From Spironucleus salmonicida (Eukaryota), in the NCBI RefSeq assembly GCF_000497125.1, contig NC_090598.1, positions 1,116,001 to 1,180,000 on the forward strand: DNA of 64,000 nucleotides. The letters are read 5' to 3'. A model generated the notes under the pieces. It was not told the origin of the DNA, ran no database searches, and saw only the letters and a list, made by a program, of their open reading frames with translations. Shown piece after piece: positions 28,009 to 41,151 of the stretch (positions within the stretch are counted from its first letter, which is position 1; each line of letters begins with the position of its first letter). Both the position numbers and the translations under genes were made by a program.

Positions 28009-28100
28009 ATTTTGTTGAGGATGAAAAACAGTTTCAGGAGATGTAGTTGGATGAAATGAGCTTTGGGTAGTGTGATGTTTTCCTGAACAGAACAGAAATG
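28009..28100 (+). ncRNA. Candidate box C/D-type snoRNA
   Basis: GAGGATGA (28017-28024), GGATGA (about 28049-28054), CTGA (28083-28086); stems AAAACA/TGTTTT and TTTTGT/ACAGAA; sits behind an AT-rich box between convergent genes. Confidence 0.3.
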
Positions 28101-28206
28101 TGTGTATAAAATTTAATAAACTACAAATGAAGGGTAAGTAGGATTTTTCCAAAAATGAGACTTTAAAGTGATATTAAAACATTTTCTTGCATTGAAAGCT
28201 ACCAGT

Positions 28207-30048
28207 TCACTCATCCAAGGTTTTTAGCGCCATCTCATCGCTGTCACCTTTGCTATTCCTGCTAGGTTAACTTTCTCTCTTACTACCTAATAAGCTGTTT
28301 ATTAAGTTTAGTTCATTTTTCTTCCCATCCCTATCTTCAAGCATACTATTTTTATAGAAATCAATACTTTAACCGTTCAAACCACTCAGATCGTTTCTAG
28401 TAACATTAATCAGCTCGCTATCTTTCTACTAGCCGTCAATGTCAATATTTGCAGCTTCCTTCTAGTCATTAAATGTGTCCTACAGTCCACCCATATCACC
28501 GTCTTATTTGGCTTAAGTAACAAACTGCAGTTTATAGAGACCGAAAACTTCAGCGATCACAATTGGTATTTAAAACAACAATAGAGATACATCTGTTAGA
28601 TAAATACCTTAATATAAAGGTTAATTGACACCTTCCTACGTAACTAAAGCAACAGATAAGGAACTGTTAATTAGTAACTAGAAAAGGCTATAAATAGCTA
28701 GTTTGTAAGGTTTTGAAGTGAAAATTGCAATATTGCAACATACTTGAAGTGGTGCTAACCCCATTCCTTCTATCATTCCCCATTTCAAAAAACTAAACTA
28801 ACTAAGCCAATTTTCAAGCTCTGTAACAGTATACTTCTCTGTAAGAGCAGAGTTTGCCATTACAAAAAGTACGTTGGTGAATGCCGGAGCACACACGAAG
28901 CATATGAAGGCGAACGTGAACGATAGTGCAAAAACTAAAATAAGAGATTGCAAAACTAGTTTAAAGACTCTATCATAACGTTTAACAGACATATTAATTG
29001 CACCAATAGCCAGCATTACAGGCTCGGAAGCAAAGTTGACTGAAGAAGCGATCTTTCCAATTCGTAACATATAATAGGTAAAAATAAAAATAAATTTTTG
29101 AAAATCTGAACCGTTTTCATTGAAAATTATAGAAACAAATACTGGTATCGTTCCCAGCGCCCATCTGGCTTCGTAAAGGTAGAAAGGTATAATTGATTTA
29201 AGAATATTTAAAAGCACTTTAAATCTAAAAGGATTAAACAGCTTTAAGTCGTAGCGAGCAGCTAATTTTAATCCGGAAGCTTAAGAAAGTGCTGGAACAA
29301 TAGCTAATAACGAAATTACGAGAGCAAAACCTTATCCTGCAAGTTCAGCGACTGCTACCATGATAAATTTTTAAGGTTATTCTGGAGTTTCTTCTGTACT
29401 AGGTCCTTGAGAGATATAAAGAGCCATTAACACAAGTAATGTTGTGAGTTTAATAACAACATATCCAAAATCCATATAAAGCTCGACAGATTTTCTATTT
29501 TCAACTCTATAATATGGTTTCATACTTGTACTGAATAATCCCATAGCACAACCTACTCCACCTACCAGAGTGATGTATTATTTGGCTTCAGCTGCTATAT
29601 AAGGAGTGAAATACTCTGAAATTGTTCCTGATAAAGAAATCACGATTGCAATACAAATAATACTAAATAAGATTGCTAACGTAATACCATATGTAAAGAT
29701 AGTATTAGAAGCCACCATTTAAGCTGCTTGTAAAAACTATGCAACTAATTCAGAAGTAGCTCTATTAACTGCAATGGAAACTGCATGAGTTGAAAGAAAA
29801 ATTAATGGTTATAAGGTAGCAATTGCAGCAGCATAATCTACACCTAAGTAAAATAAAACTAAATAAATCTCTAATACATACTATAATTAGATAATCAGAT
29901 TCATAACAAAATGTGCGGGAATATTTTAAAGTAAGAGTTATGATAATGGCAACAATACAGCGTGTTGAATATCAATACCACGGCAGTTCATAGATGAGGC
30001 ATCAGATTCACATGATTTACCTGAAACCTATGACTTGTATTCAGTCAT
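28207..30048 (-). CDS. MATE-like multi-pass transporter with hydrophilic C-tail, 613 aa
   Basis: Many TM segments; FYLGVDYAAAIATLQPL resembles MATE TM2; contains track ORF 28798..29217. Confidence 0.75.
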
Positions 30049-30260
30049 TTTATTGAAATTATTAGTTATTAATATATTACAATTTGAAATATTTATTTCT
30101 GTTGTTTAATCTGTCGTTCCATATTAAACTATTTTGTTATAATTCATTTAATATAGTTAGCACTACATTTCTCTATTGGAATCGAAACAATTTATAATGT
30201 GTTCATACATTCGATATTATAGTATTATATATAGATTAAGCTCTGGTTATAAAAATTTTA

Positions 30261-30554
30261 ATGACACTTTCCGATATTAAAGATCTTTACACACATATTC
30301 TTTAAAAGTATGAGAATCTGTAAATATAATATGAATATATGAAGACTAATAAAGATAATTAGATAACATTATTGTAGGATGATCTTCAAACTTTGAAAAA
30401 ATAAAATAAGGATAGTTGTTAATAAATTATTTCTTTAAAAACATAGTTGAGAGATTTAAAAATAGAACAACTTGGATTAGGTAAAGATGTATAAGAGCCT
30501 GAGTAAGAATTAAATCAAATTACAGTAGCGGAATGTATTAATATTGTAGAGTGA
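30261..30554 (+). CDS. Small coiled-coil hypothetical protein, 97 aa
   Basis: MTLSDIKDLYTHILQKYENL...CINIVE-TGA; ends in AGTGA. Confidence 0.65.
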
Positions 30555-30592
30555 TTAATGCATCTAGTGTTCATACTATTAATTGCTTAAGT

Positions 30593-30922
30593 TCACTCCT
30601 ATTTACCATCCGGTTATGTGTCTTACTAATAATTCAATCTCTATAATCTGGCCATATTAACTTTTCTGCGATGTGGCGAAATCTAGGCAGGCAACACTTC
30701 ATAATCCGGCATATCAATGTTATTTAAATTTACCTAAGGCAGATGAAATATCCGACCTCGTCTAAAATTTGGTCTTTATGGGGTTTTTGGCTAAGTTTTA
30801 GTAACCAATTCCTTCAAAAGAAGATCAAATTACTGATCACTTTAGTCTATTTAGAATTTCACTTTTCTACTATTTGGAAGTGATATCGATCTTTAAGGAA
30901 TTGATGGCAATTAGGGGTTCAT
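30593..30922 (-). CDS. Small hypothetical protein, 109 aa
   Basis: MNPQLPSIPQRSISLPNSRK...PDGKQE-TGA; ends in AGTGA. Confidence 0.65.
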
Positions 30923-31013
30923 TTTCTATAAATATAGATAAAACTTTAGATATAATATTGGGAATAAATAATCTACTAAACAATATATATATATTAATAT
31001 AATATAGAGAATA

Positions 31014-31358
31014 TCATTCATTTTAAATTGTACTAGGTTATTTACTAATCAATGTATTTGATTCATCAGTATCTTATACTGAAACTGTATCCATCTACTA
31101 GCTTGCGAGCCGTAACGATGACGAATATTGCTACTGTTTATAAAGTTTTTGTTAATTGTCTTGCAGCTGAAAAAAGTCATCATATACTTTAATAAGATCA
31201 TCATAGTGTTTTTCATCAGAAATAGAAGTCGACACTTTATTCACTTAATCGCGTATATCTGAAAAATCTAGGTCAAATTCCAGAAATTCTGGTTATGATC
31301 TCTTATGTTCAATCTTTTACTTATATCTTGCTAGTCGTTATTGAAAATATTCATCCAT
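31014..31358 (-). CDS. Small hypothetical protein, 114 aa
   Basis: MDEYFQQRLARYKQKIEHKRSQPEFLEF...QNE-TGA. Confidence 0.65.
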
Positions 31359-31399
31359 TAAAAACAATTATATATAAATATATATATCAATTTTATTAA

Positions 31400-31831
31400 T
31401 CATTTCATACCAGTACTACCAAATCCTTATATGTCTCTTGAAGTTTTATTAATCTTGTCAATTGTAAATGTAGCAACATAGCTTCTAACAACAACCATTT
31501 GCGCTATTCTATCTCCTCTATTAACTACAAAATCATTCTATCCAAAATTCATCAATATAACTCCAATTTCACCCCTATAGTCTGCATCAATCGTACCAGG
31601 AGAATTTAGAACAGCTATCTAATTTTTTAAGGCCAATCCTGATCTAGACCGTATCTCAATATGATAATCAGGTGAAAATTCTGTATAAAGGCCAGTAGGG
31701 ATAAGAGCAGATTACATTGGTTTAATTGTCACAGATGTAGATATGTGTGCTTTTAAATCTGCTCCAGCAGATTGGGAACTTTAATATACAGGTATAAATT
31801 CTTCAGATATTGGACTCAGTTTAATTTGCAT
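31400..31831 (-). CDS. dut: Trimeric dUTP pyrophosphatase (dUTPase), 143 aa
   Basis: All five motifs: [39 protein letters not shown]. Confidence 0.96.
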
Positions 31832-31928
31832 TTTAAGATAACTGCATAAAATTTAAATAATACGCTAGGAATAGGTTACCTATTAATTGAAATTTTAATA
31901 ATTTAATAATAACTAAGAATAATAAATA

Positions 31929-32222
31929 TCATTTCTATGTGTAATCCACATTCAAATAATCGCGTTTTCGAATAAATTTAAGATCTTTTTTTGATGTTTT
32001 TTGTAAATATAAAATTTCTTATACTTCTGAAGAGCAATCTCTTGTATTTTCAATAAGTTGTTTAACATGTCCCCATATTTCCTTTATTTCTAATCTATTT
32101 GACATTAAGTTTGACATTAGTAGATAAACATCGTATGTATCTTCAAAAATACCGTCATCTAGGTTTTTATTTATTGCATCCATAGTTATTAAAGCTGATG
32201 ATGAATAGTTGTGTTATTACAT
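31929..32222 (-). CDS. Small hypothetical protein, 97 aa
   Basis: MQQHNYSSSALITMDAINKNLDDGIFEDTYDVY...YTQK-TGA. Confidence 0.6.
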
Positions 32223-32329
32223 TTTTAGTTTAGTAAAAATTTTAATATAAATATATAAATAGAATATACATAACTTGTTACTCTAATATTAATATACTCA
32301 TTAATTATAAGTTATTCTAAATTTACAAA

Positions 32330-32710
32330 ATGTATCACAAACTTCCAAATTACACTAACACATTTTACTCAAAAATAGAATCGAAACCTTAATACTTTTC
32401 AAAGATAGTATACCCAGAAAATGAATAGGAATATAAAAATATAGCCAAATAGGAGTAAAAGTAAGTAGAATCATTTAATAAAGTTAGCGTAAAAATGTTT
32501 AAATTTAAGAGACCAAGTTTTCGTCCCATCTAAAACAAAGAGATATGTGAAATGGAAAAATTTGTTGACTAAATTAGTCATAAAAAGCAACCAATTCCGT
32601 CTTTAAAGAGTTTTTCAATAAACCGAGATATTTAGCCAAATTCATTTTATCCACTAAGTGCACGAAGGTGTAAAAGATAATATTTTGATTACTAAACAGA
32701 TTTTGAGTGA
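32330..32710 (+). CDS. Small hypothetical protein, 126 aa (paralog of 46428-46865)
   Basis: MYHKLPNYTNTFYSKIESKPQYFSKIVYPENEQEY...; ends in AGTGA; aligns by eye with the 46.4-kb gene. Confidence 0.75.
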
Positions 32711-32860
32711 TTATCTTAACCATCAATTTTAATTTTGTTTCCCATTATCAATTTTTAAGTGAAATCGGATAATGGAACAAAATAAAATGATAAATAATAT
32801 TATAATAATTATATATTTTCTGTCTACTTGTAGAAAGCTGAGTAGAGGAGACTTTACACA

Positions 32861-33313
32861 ATGTTTTATTTAATTAATATAATAAATACGAGAAATAGTT
32901 TTTGCACTAATTTTTAATTTAAAAATTTAACCCAATAAACATTAGACATTAAATACTATATGATTAAAAAATTACAAATGTAAACATGCTTTATAAAAAT
33001 CAAAGGTTCATAATCCCACGCTGCACTTTTCGAAATACTGCATGATGAGATACATATAAAAGACTATTATTTCAATTATAGAATACCTCTGGCATCGACA
33101 GTCGTGGAAGTTTAGGATGGAGAAGAATACTTCACGTATTACGATAAGCTCTAAAATGTGAAATTAGATATCCCAAAAATCAAATCAGTTCCAGTTTAGC
33201 GCAATTCTGATTTTTCGGTCCTGTAATATATCTATGAACCATAGGGAATTTTAAGTTATTATAACTAAAATTGTGACCATTAGTAAGTGTGTAGTTTCAA
33301 GAGAATATAGTGA
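32861..33313 (+). CDS. Hypothetical protein, up to 150 aa (alternative starts 32960, 32978)
   Basis: Open frame MFYLINIIN...CSFKRIQ-TGA; ends in AGTGA. Confidence 0.55.
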
Positions 33314-33458
33314 TATATATTGATATTTTTCATAAATTTAAGAAATTTATTTGTTATTTAATCACTCTCCTACCAAATTGTCTTCCATCGAATTCATTTA
33401 TTACTAGCTAAAATTATATTCTAATCATTATATTATAAATAACCAAATATTCATGATT

Positions 33459-36400
33459 TCACTTAATTTCCTGGTAAACTACCTCTTGCAGTTCCTACAA
33501 AAACTCGCTAATATCAATCTCCCAAGTCCTTTTGGCGACTTCGCTGTCCATAACTTCAACTGGATTGTCGAATTCGCTCTCGAAGAAATTTGCTGGATTC
33601 AGACCGTTCACGGCATCTCTTTTAGCACTTTTGGCGGCCTGTAACAGAGCTTTCTGGCTCTCTTCTTCTGTTGCCAACTTGCCTACTGCGCTGCGCAGAG
33701 CGTTCCCAACCAATCCAGCCAGATTTTTGCTGTCTTATTCTGAAAGTTCTTAGTTTTGATTTTAACTTTGATTTTCTACTCCTTTTAAGGCGATTGCGGC
33801 CTAAGATGTCTATAGCCCAAATTCGCAGTCTCTGTAATAATGCAGCGCGTTCAATCGGTGCGAATGGAGCGTTATCGTGAGCCACAAAACATCAGTTAGC
33901 GGCATATCTGCATACTGCGAAAGAGGTCCAGATTTGACCTTGCTAACGCGGTCGTCAACCCCGTAAAGCATCGCATGCGCGTGCCGCCCTGCCTGGTCGA
34001 GGCCCGCTTTGTTGATTTCGCTGGGATCGAATTGCTGCAAAATCGCAGTTTCGCTGATTCGCGCAGCTGACGCCACCGTGTTAGCAAGCACCACAGGCAG
34101 TCGCGAGAAGTTTTCCTGTTTCGCCTCGTAGTTCGTGTTTCCGACGATTTCCGGCACGAATCGCACAGTGAACGGAACGTCCTCTAAGAACACGCTCGGA
34201 ATCGGCCCTGAGCTGATTTGGACGTTAATTTGCGTCGTTTCGTTGAATTTCAGGGTCCCTGAATTTGGGCTGAATTTGATGCTTAAGTCTTTGTTTATGA
34301 ATTGCTGATGATTGCGAATTTCCCACTCAAAATGGCCTTTTGAGTACCCAAAATGGTGTATATCGGCGATATCGCCAGCTGAAATTTCGATGATTGTGCT
34401 CGTGAACCCAAAGACCGGAATTCCGCCTAAAACCAGTCTGCCGCACGACAACTGACAGATTCCGAGGCCTCTTTAGGAGGTCAACGAGGAAGCTGAATTT
34501 TGAAGGATAGAGACGGCGCCACAGTCCGGTTTTAGATGATTTCCGATTAAGGAATGCGACGGGACGACTAATTAAGGAATAGTGGACTGCGGAATGAAGC
34601 CGTAACCAATGATGGAAAGCGTCTAATAAACCTTAGAATCTTCATCCAAAGATGAGTTTATTGGAAGGAATTACTGCTATTTTGGATTTATTGAAAGGTT
34701 TTCTGGGAGGTCAACTGTGCATTCGTTTTCGAAGAATTTTTGCTGCTAAACTTGAGTATCTAGCACATTTATCTTTGCTGAGGTATTAATAACTAAATCG
34801 TACTTAATTTGGACCAAACCGATTTAATTAGGTTAAAATTAAAGGATAACTACAGTTGATGATTATGGGGCAATGTATCCGGAAGGATTTAAACATCTGA
34901 GTATTTTAGTAGCCTGTTGTGGTATAATTCCATCATTTTCCTAGTCGGCAAAAATAAATTCAGGGTTAACTAGTTTATACGAAACTGGTACATTACCAGG
35001 GTTGTTCATTTTCAAGAACTGTCTTGGTGGCGTTACTTCGCCAACAGCTACTGGTAAAAGCTTAAATTCAACTGGTGCAATTAATGCAGGCTCATCTTCA
35101 GCTAAGGTCTAACCTACTAAATGGAAGAAGAATGTTCTTCCACCTTTGATTTTCACCAAGACTACTAATTCATGAACACCTTCTTCTTAATGAGAATAGG
35201 TAATGGAAATACTGTGTTTTTACCCAGGTTGAAGTTTAACCTCTTCTGGGGAAACAGTGAATATTTTTCTCGCAAGCAAACTCATTGTAATCTATTACTT
35301 CTAACTTGGCAATGCTGATGCCCAGGGTGCGGCATCTAAACTAGGGTGCTCTGTCGGCATTTCTATGCTAATTTCAACAGGTAAGACACCAGGATTTGCT
35401 AAAGTTAAGTTAATACGATGCTCTTTACCATCACATCTGTTATCAGGTCCTAAAACAATAGGGAATTCTTGTAATAATTTTTCTTCTTAATTCAACAATT
35501 TTTAACTCAAATCCTTATTTGGTTTATTGTTTTATTTAACAGTAAACTCTTTCATATTATCAGCTTCAGGAACTGGGTTTATATGAAGATCCCCACTTTT
35601 TTCAGATTGATTTTCACTAATATCATCATGTTCTTCTTCATTCATTTCAATTTCACTTTCCTACACATTCTTTTCTTGAACAAGTCTATCCATAAGCTTC
35701 TCCTTATCACTGCATGGTGTAACGTATACGCGTTCAGCCATTGTAACATCGCTAGCTAAAAATGTATTAATTGAGTCAACTTCCATAATATCTCGCATTT
35801 AGTTACTACCGATTGTAGGGCAGCTAATGTCGCTGATAAAGAACTTTGGATAGTCGGCACTAACTTCAATACGACACTCAAATATCTCTTTTTCCTTCGA
35901 AATAATAGAATTCAGTGCATTGGCAGTTCCTTAAATATAAACACTCTTATTTTCCAATTCGTTGATTACCTCGCCAAATTTTCTACCATAACTTTCAATT
36001 TCAATAATTTTAGCATAAATTCTTGCCCTTACTGTATTAGTAGAGAAAGGCATTATTGTAATCATAGCATTATTTGAAGACTAAGGTAAAATAATTGAGC
36101 CTGCACCAGAGCGAATAAAAATTTGTGGACACCTTTCTGTCTGTGCAGGAGACATTACTGATTCTGTGTTGTAGAGCTTATTATACAAAGAAGGTACAAG
36201 ATAGTCCCCATTTTCGTTTGCTGAAATATAAGAATATTTTCTGGCAGTTTTATGTGTTTTTTCAAATGGTAGGTCATTCATTTCAGTGAAAATTTCATGA
36301 ATTTCCAAGGTGTATGATATTGAACAGTGTGAGGAATTATAAATTTATATTGGTATATCTATTGAAGTATATGGTACGATAGGTCCCAAATTGACAGTTT

Positions 36401-39400
36401 TTGGGGTTAAGTCTACGGTTCTGCGAGCTATTGAGGTTTCTATTGACACTTTTTATTCATACACATTTTATGCAAGTGAAAAATTAAGTTTTGTGTTTAA
36501 AAGGAGATTTTTAGGTGATGGGGTAGAGAACTGATATGGAATTTCAACTCTAACATCTAGATCAAATTTATAAGATTATTCTTGTAGATATTTCTCCATA
36601 GCTCGTAATGTGTATGTATAATTAGTAAATTCACATCCTGGTATAATAATATCATTAGGTTAGGTATACATTAATTATGAATCTCTTTAATTTGATGCCT
36701 CAAATGTAATATGTGAAGGTAAAATACTCTTGTTAATGAATGTGAAAAATCTATTTGATTCAGATCCTAAAGAAACTGGGGCCATTCTCATAACAACTGG
36801 TTATATTTTAACTTTATCCTACTAAGATGCTACAATCTACTCCTATGTGTTAACCTTATCTAATACAACATCAACCCCAGAACAAATAGCTTGGAATGAG
36901 ATATCCTATCTTGTAATTTAAGATCCATTAATATTAAAGACTAAAACATCATCAAATTAAACCTAATTTTAAGATCCTTAAACAAATGTAAAACCATATT
37001 TTTCTTTATTTGTTATTGAATCTTTTGGAAAAGTTATACAGACTGAGACCACAGTAGTCTGTTTTGGGTTGAGTCCAATAATATCTGGTGTAACTTATAC
37101 AAAGTTATAGAGTAACTTACTAAGAGAAATAACAATAAAAGTAGATGCTTAGTTAGTAAAAGCAAAGCTGATTCTAGATACAGACCCAGGACCAACAGGA
37201 GGCATTCTTAATTTGTCTTATATAACTGGTTTAGAAACGAGGGGAATACTAGATAACAATGAAGGAGAATCTGGAATTCTTGAAAATCCTGCTACCCTAA
37301 TTTCCTAAATAAAGCTAGCTCCTACAATGGAATGCCTAAAACATCTATAAAGTAATAATGGATGATGGACACAAAATAGAGCAAATTTAGTATAGAATGA
37401 TTCATCAGGCTGAGAGGGTCTAAATGTAACTTGGAAAAATCCATAGTATTAAGGAGGAATCTTAGCTACTAAACCCTTAGTAAGTGCAGTTCTATACTCA
37501 AGGCCATCTTCTACTTAAAAGTAAAATGGTTCTAAACTATCTTTTGTTTAAAAGTATGGGTCTGGGCTAAGACCAATGAATTCAATAGTTGCATTCTTTA
37601 AATTACTTAATCCTGTTAATCCTACAAACATACTCATTCTTTCCGATGTATTATAGATTGTAAATATTTTCTGTTTATCAGATCCAAATGGAATATATCC
37701 AAAGTTTAGTGATTTTTCACTAATCTTTGCTGGATATTTAACTGCACCTCCTATTCTATACTAAAATTCTTGTAATAAAGAATCTGATGGAAGAAGTGCA
37801 TTACTATTAGGCTTAATTTCCAAATCTCTTAAATCATATTTTTCAATTTCTCTAACCAAACTTTATTCATGTAGATTGACCTTACTAGCATATTCAGTTT
37901 CAAATTCTGGTAAATATTAACTATAAAGAGGGCTATTCATAGGAATTGCAGGATCATTTTTAAAAGGAAGCATCATACCGATAAGTTAATCTATATCATA
38001 CTCTTTTTATATCTAATACCATTTTTCTGCATACTTCATAGTTATAGGAGCAGGTCGGCAATCTAATCCTTTCTCTGGTAAAATAGTGGCAGTTAAATGA
38101 AGAAATTAAATAGGAGCTCCTGGCGTTTTAAACTAAATGAAAATACTAAGTGGTTAAGGTGGTATAAATGTTAAATTTGATGTATTTTAAGTCAAATCAT
38201 CTGATTTACATGTAAATTTGGATAAGTTAAACGTAAGATCAATTGTTGTATTAATCTAAGATGTTGCTACACCTGAGTTTGGATGTATTTACAATGGAAA
38301 ATCTTATAAAATTCTTTTTCTCGACCTAGTAACGTCTAATAAATCTGTTGCCTTAATTATATCAGAATCTACTTCAGCATCTGGGGCCACACCAGGAAAA
38401 CAAGTTAATCCAGGGCAGGTAAACTCATACGGGGTATTAAATTTTGAATTATTTTTAAGATATAATGACTTAGCCACGGATTACCCGCAACATATAGTAC
38501 CTAATTCAACTTTAGTATGAGATAATTATAAATCAATAGGAGATGCAGATGCTCTTACTGTAAATACAGTAGAAGCATTTGATTTTGTAGTTATTTTAAA
38601 TTATACGTGAAGCTATAGTTATTACGGGTCAAAATTAGTAAAAATATAATCTTCATCATATTCAGTAGAATCTAATGATCTATCACCAATACATTTATAA
38701 AAACCAGCCGTGTACGCGGGCTTATATTTAAGCTATATAGGAAATTTTCCGTTAGGACCAATAACTCCTTAACTCACGCTTAACTTAATCTGACTATAAG
38801 GCTTATCACTTACAATATCATCGTCTATTTTGAAAGAGCAGCTAACTGGGGAGTCATTAACTAAGATAACTTATTTTGAAATCTCTGATAATATAGGTGT
38901 ATTCGTAAAATCAACTTCTGAATTAAAACTATCGTCAATTAAGGTTCTTATAAATGGGAATTTAGAGAATGCAACTGCTGAAATTTCGTAATCAACTTTT
39001 TCAACCTTGGCTAATAAATCCAAGTCTGCTTTTCTAATTTCCAAAAAGAAATGAGAACAAATTTAACCTGCTTCTGTTGGTTTAAATGTATATGTTATTT
39101 ATATTTTTTAGCCAACATCTAATGCACCTTATGATGGGTTTATTTCAAATAAATCGGTTGAATTTTAAAATTTAAATAAGAATGGTACTTCTCCGTCATT
39201 AACCAGAGGCTGGACATATTACTATTATTCAGCAACAGCTGTAGGGCTAGGAAATTAAATTTACAGAGTTGTTTTAGCAGAAAGAAGAGGGAGATCCCCT
39301 CTTAAATGAATGATAAAATTCTCCTTGTGCTGATTACAAAAAAAGACTAGTTCTGATTCAACTTCAACAGGGTTAACTGGTTAAAATGAAACGGTGATAG

Positions 39401-39638
39401 CATGCTCCATACCTACAGGCAATACAATTTAATCTGGATATGGAGTAAAAAAGCATGCCATTTCAGGTAGCTTATAGGTAAGGGTAATAAGTTAATTGCC
39501 AATATTTTTCATTATAAGTTATTTAGTATAAACACGACCATCAGGTTTCCATGCCGAAAATATTATCTCGCTTTAGCAATCAATAGAGAAGTACTTTTTG
39601 CGTTTATCCTTCGATAAAACTGTGGTATTTCTGTTCAT
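33459..39638 (-). CDS. CFAP65: Cilia/flagella-associated protein 65 (CCDC108) homolog, tandem Ig-like (ASH/MSP) domains, about 2059 aa
   Basis: N-terminus WKPDGRVYTKQLIMKNIGNQLITLTYKLPEMACFFTPYPDQIVLPVG...FQP matches the recalled CFAP65 pattern; track ORFs 33495.., 33810.. and 36081.. share this frame. Confidence 0.85.
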
Positions 39639-39815
39639 TTGAATTTGCGGAAAGGCGAATTCTGTAATAATAATATATAATAATAGATTATTGTGAAATT
39701 TTATTATCAAAAGTTATTCATCAATTTGATGTATATTTTTTATATTTATACTGAATATGTAGATTACTAACATAAAAAAGAATAAGATTTTTTCTTTCGC
39801 CGCTCCTAAATTAGT

Positions 39816-41051
39816 ATGGACTAATTATACCAAGATCACGCAGCTATGAGAGCTTTTGAAACTCTCAATAGGCATCAGATTTTATCATAATAAGAATTTA
39901 TTGACTTGCATTAACCACCACTTACAAATCCAGAGTAATAGTAAAAAACTTTAGAAGCCGTGGCTTTATCATTTATTCCATCTACTAAACAAAACGCACC
40001 ATTTAGAATATCAAGATAAAAAGGTTCAAAAAAAGTGAAAATCGAAATTTCTCAGGAGTTTAAAGTATTTGCACTTTAAACTTCATATACTTTACGACAA
40101 TTTTTTTAAAAGCAATTTGATCGACATGAATCTGAGGAACGGTCTTGGGGATTACTAGCATGCGCCGCATGTTCATCACTGCAAAAAAAGCTTAACTAGT
40201 AAAAAGCATTGTTTTTAGTTTAAGACGAGTTTAAAACAGTTAGGGGTATAATATTTGACTTAGAACTTTAAATAGGGTTCAGACAATCATCTGTTTAACA
40301 TGAACTTAGCGAATTTTTTGAAAATAAAGCCAGACATATTGATAGTATAGATGCATTTTAGCATTATTCATTAATTGGTAATTCTGATTAATAAAATGAT
40401 TTTTCAAATTTTAGATAATATCTTACTGATTATGAAGATATTTAATTAAATGAGCCTAATTGCAATTCTGATTATGGATGTGGATTTGGGCCTGATTTGG
40501 ATGATTTTTTAGATGAGTATGACTCATTTTCCTCTGTAAGAAGTGCTAATTTATATACTATTTTATTGTTAGAAAATATTGAGAGATAAAGCTCAGAGCT
40601 TGAAAAAAATATACAATTTCATCATTTTAGAGATTAAAAGTAACAACTGCAAGTCCTTATGCAGTCCTAGTAAGTTTCATTTCCCACTGAAGTTACCTTT
40701 ACACAATAGTCTTTTGATATTAAAGATTTTACTTCTTTTTAAGTTTCAACAAAAACTTAAAGAAAATCTTAAAAATATGTAACTTAACGTTAATTTTTTG
40801 ATTATATACCTCCAGAAACTGCTGAAAAATTTGCAGAAATCTTATATGCTGTTTAGGTTGTTGGAAAATATATATTTAAAGACTTAGAATCTATTAAAAA
40901 TTAATAATAGTATGATAAGTTCAGACAGAAAATAAGTGATATGATGGATGAAATAGATAATATTATTAGCGATAAAAAGTTTTTATAAATTCTGAGATTA
41001 AGCAAAATTGACTAACAAATTGATTTCCTTAAAAGTGTAGTAGGGTTGTGA
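39816..41051 (+). CDS. Hypothetical protein, 411 aa
   Basis: MDQLYQDHAAMRAFETLNRH...SVVGL-TGA; start and stop in the same table-6 frame. Confidence 0.7.
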
Positions 41052-41151
41052 GGTTTATATTTGTATTGAGATTTTATCTTATAGCGCAACTAGTTGTATA
41101 TCGATATTAATATAGTGGAGATAATTAAATGTAAAATCACTTGAAAAGTCA

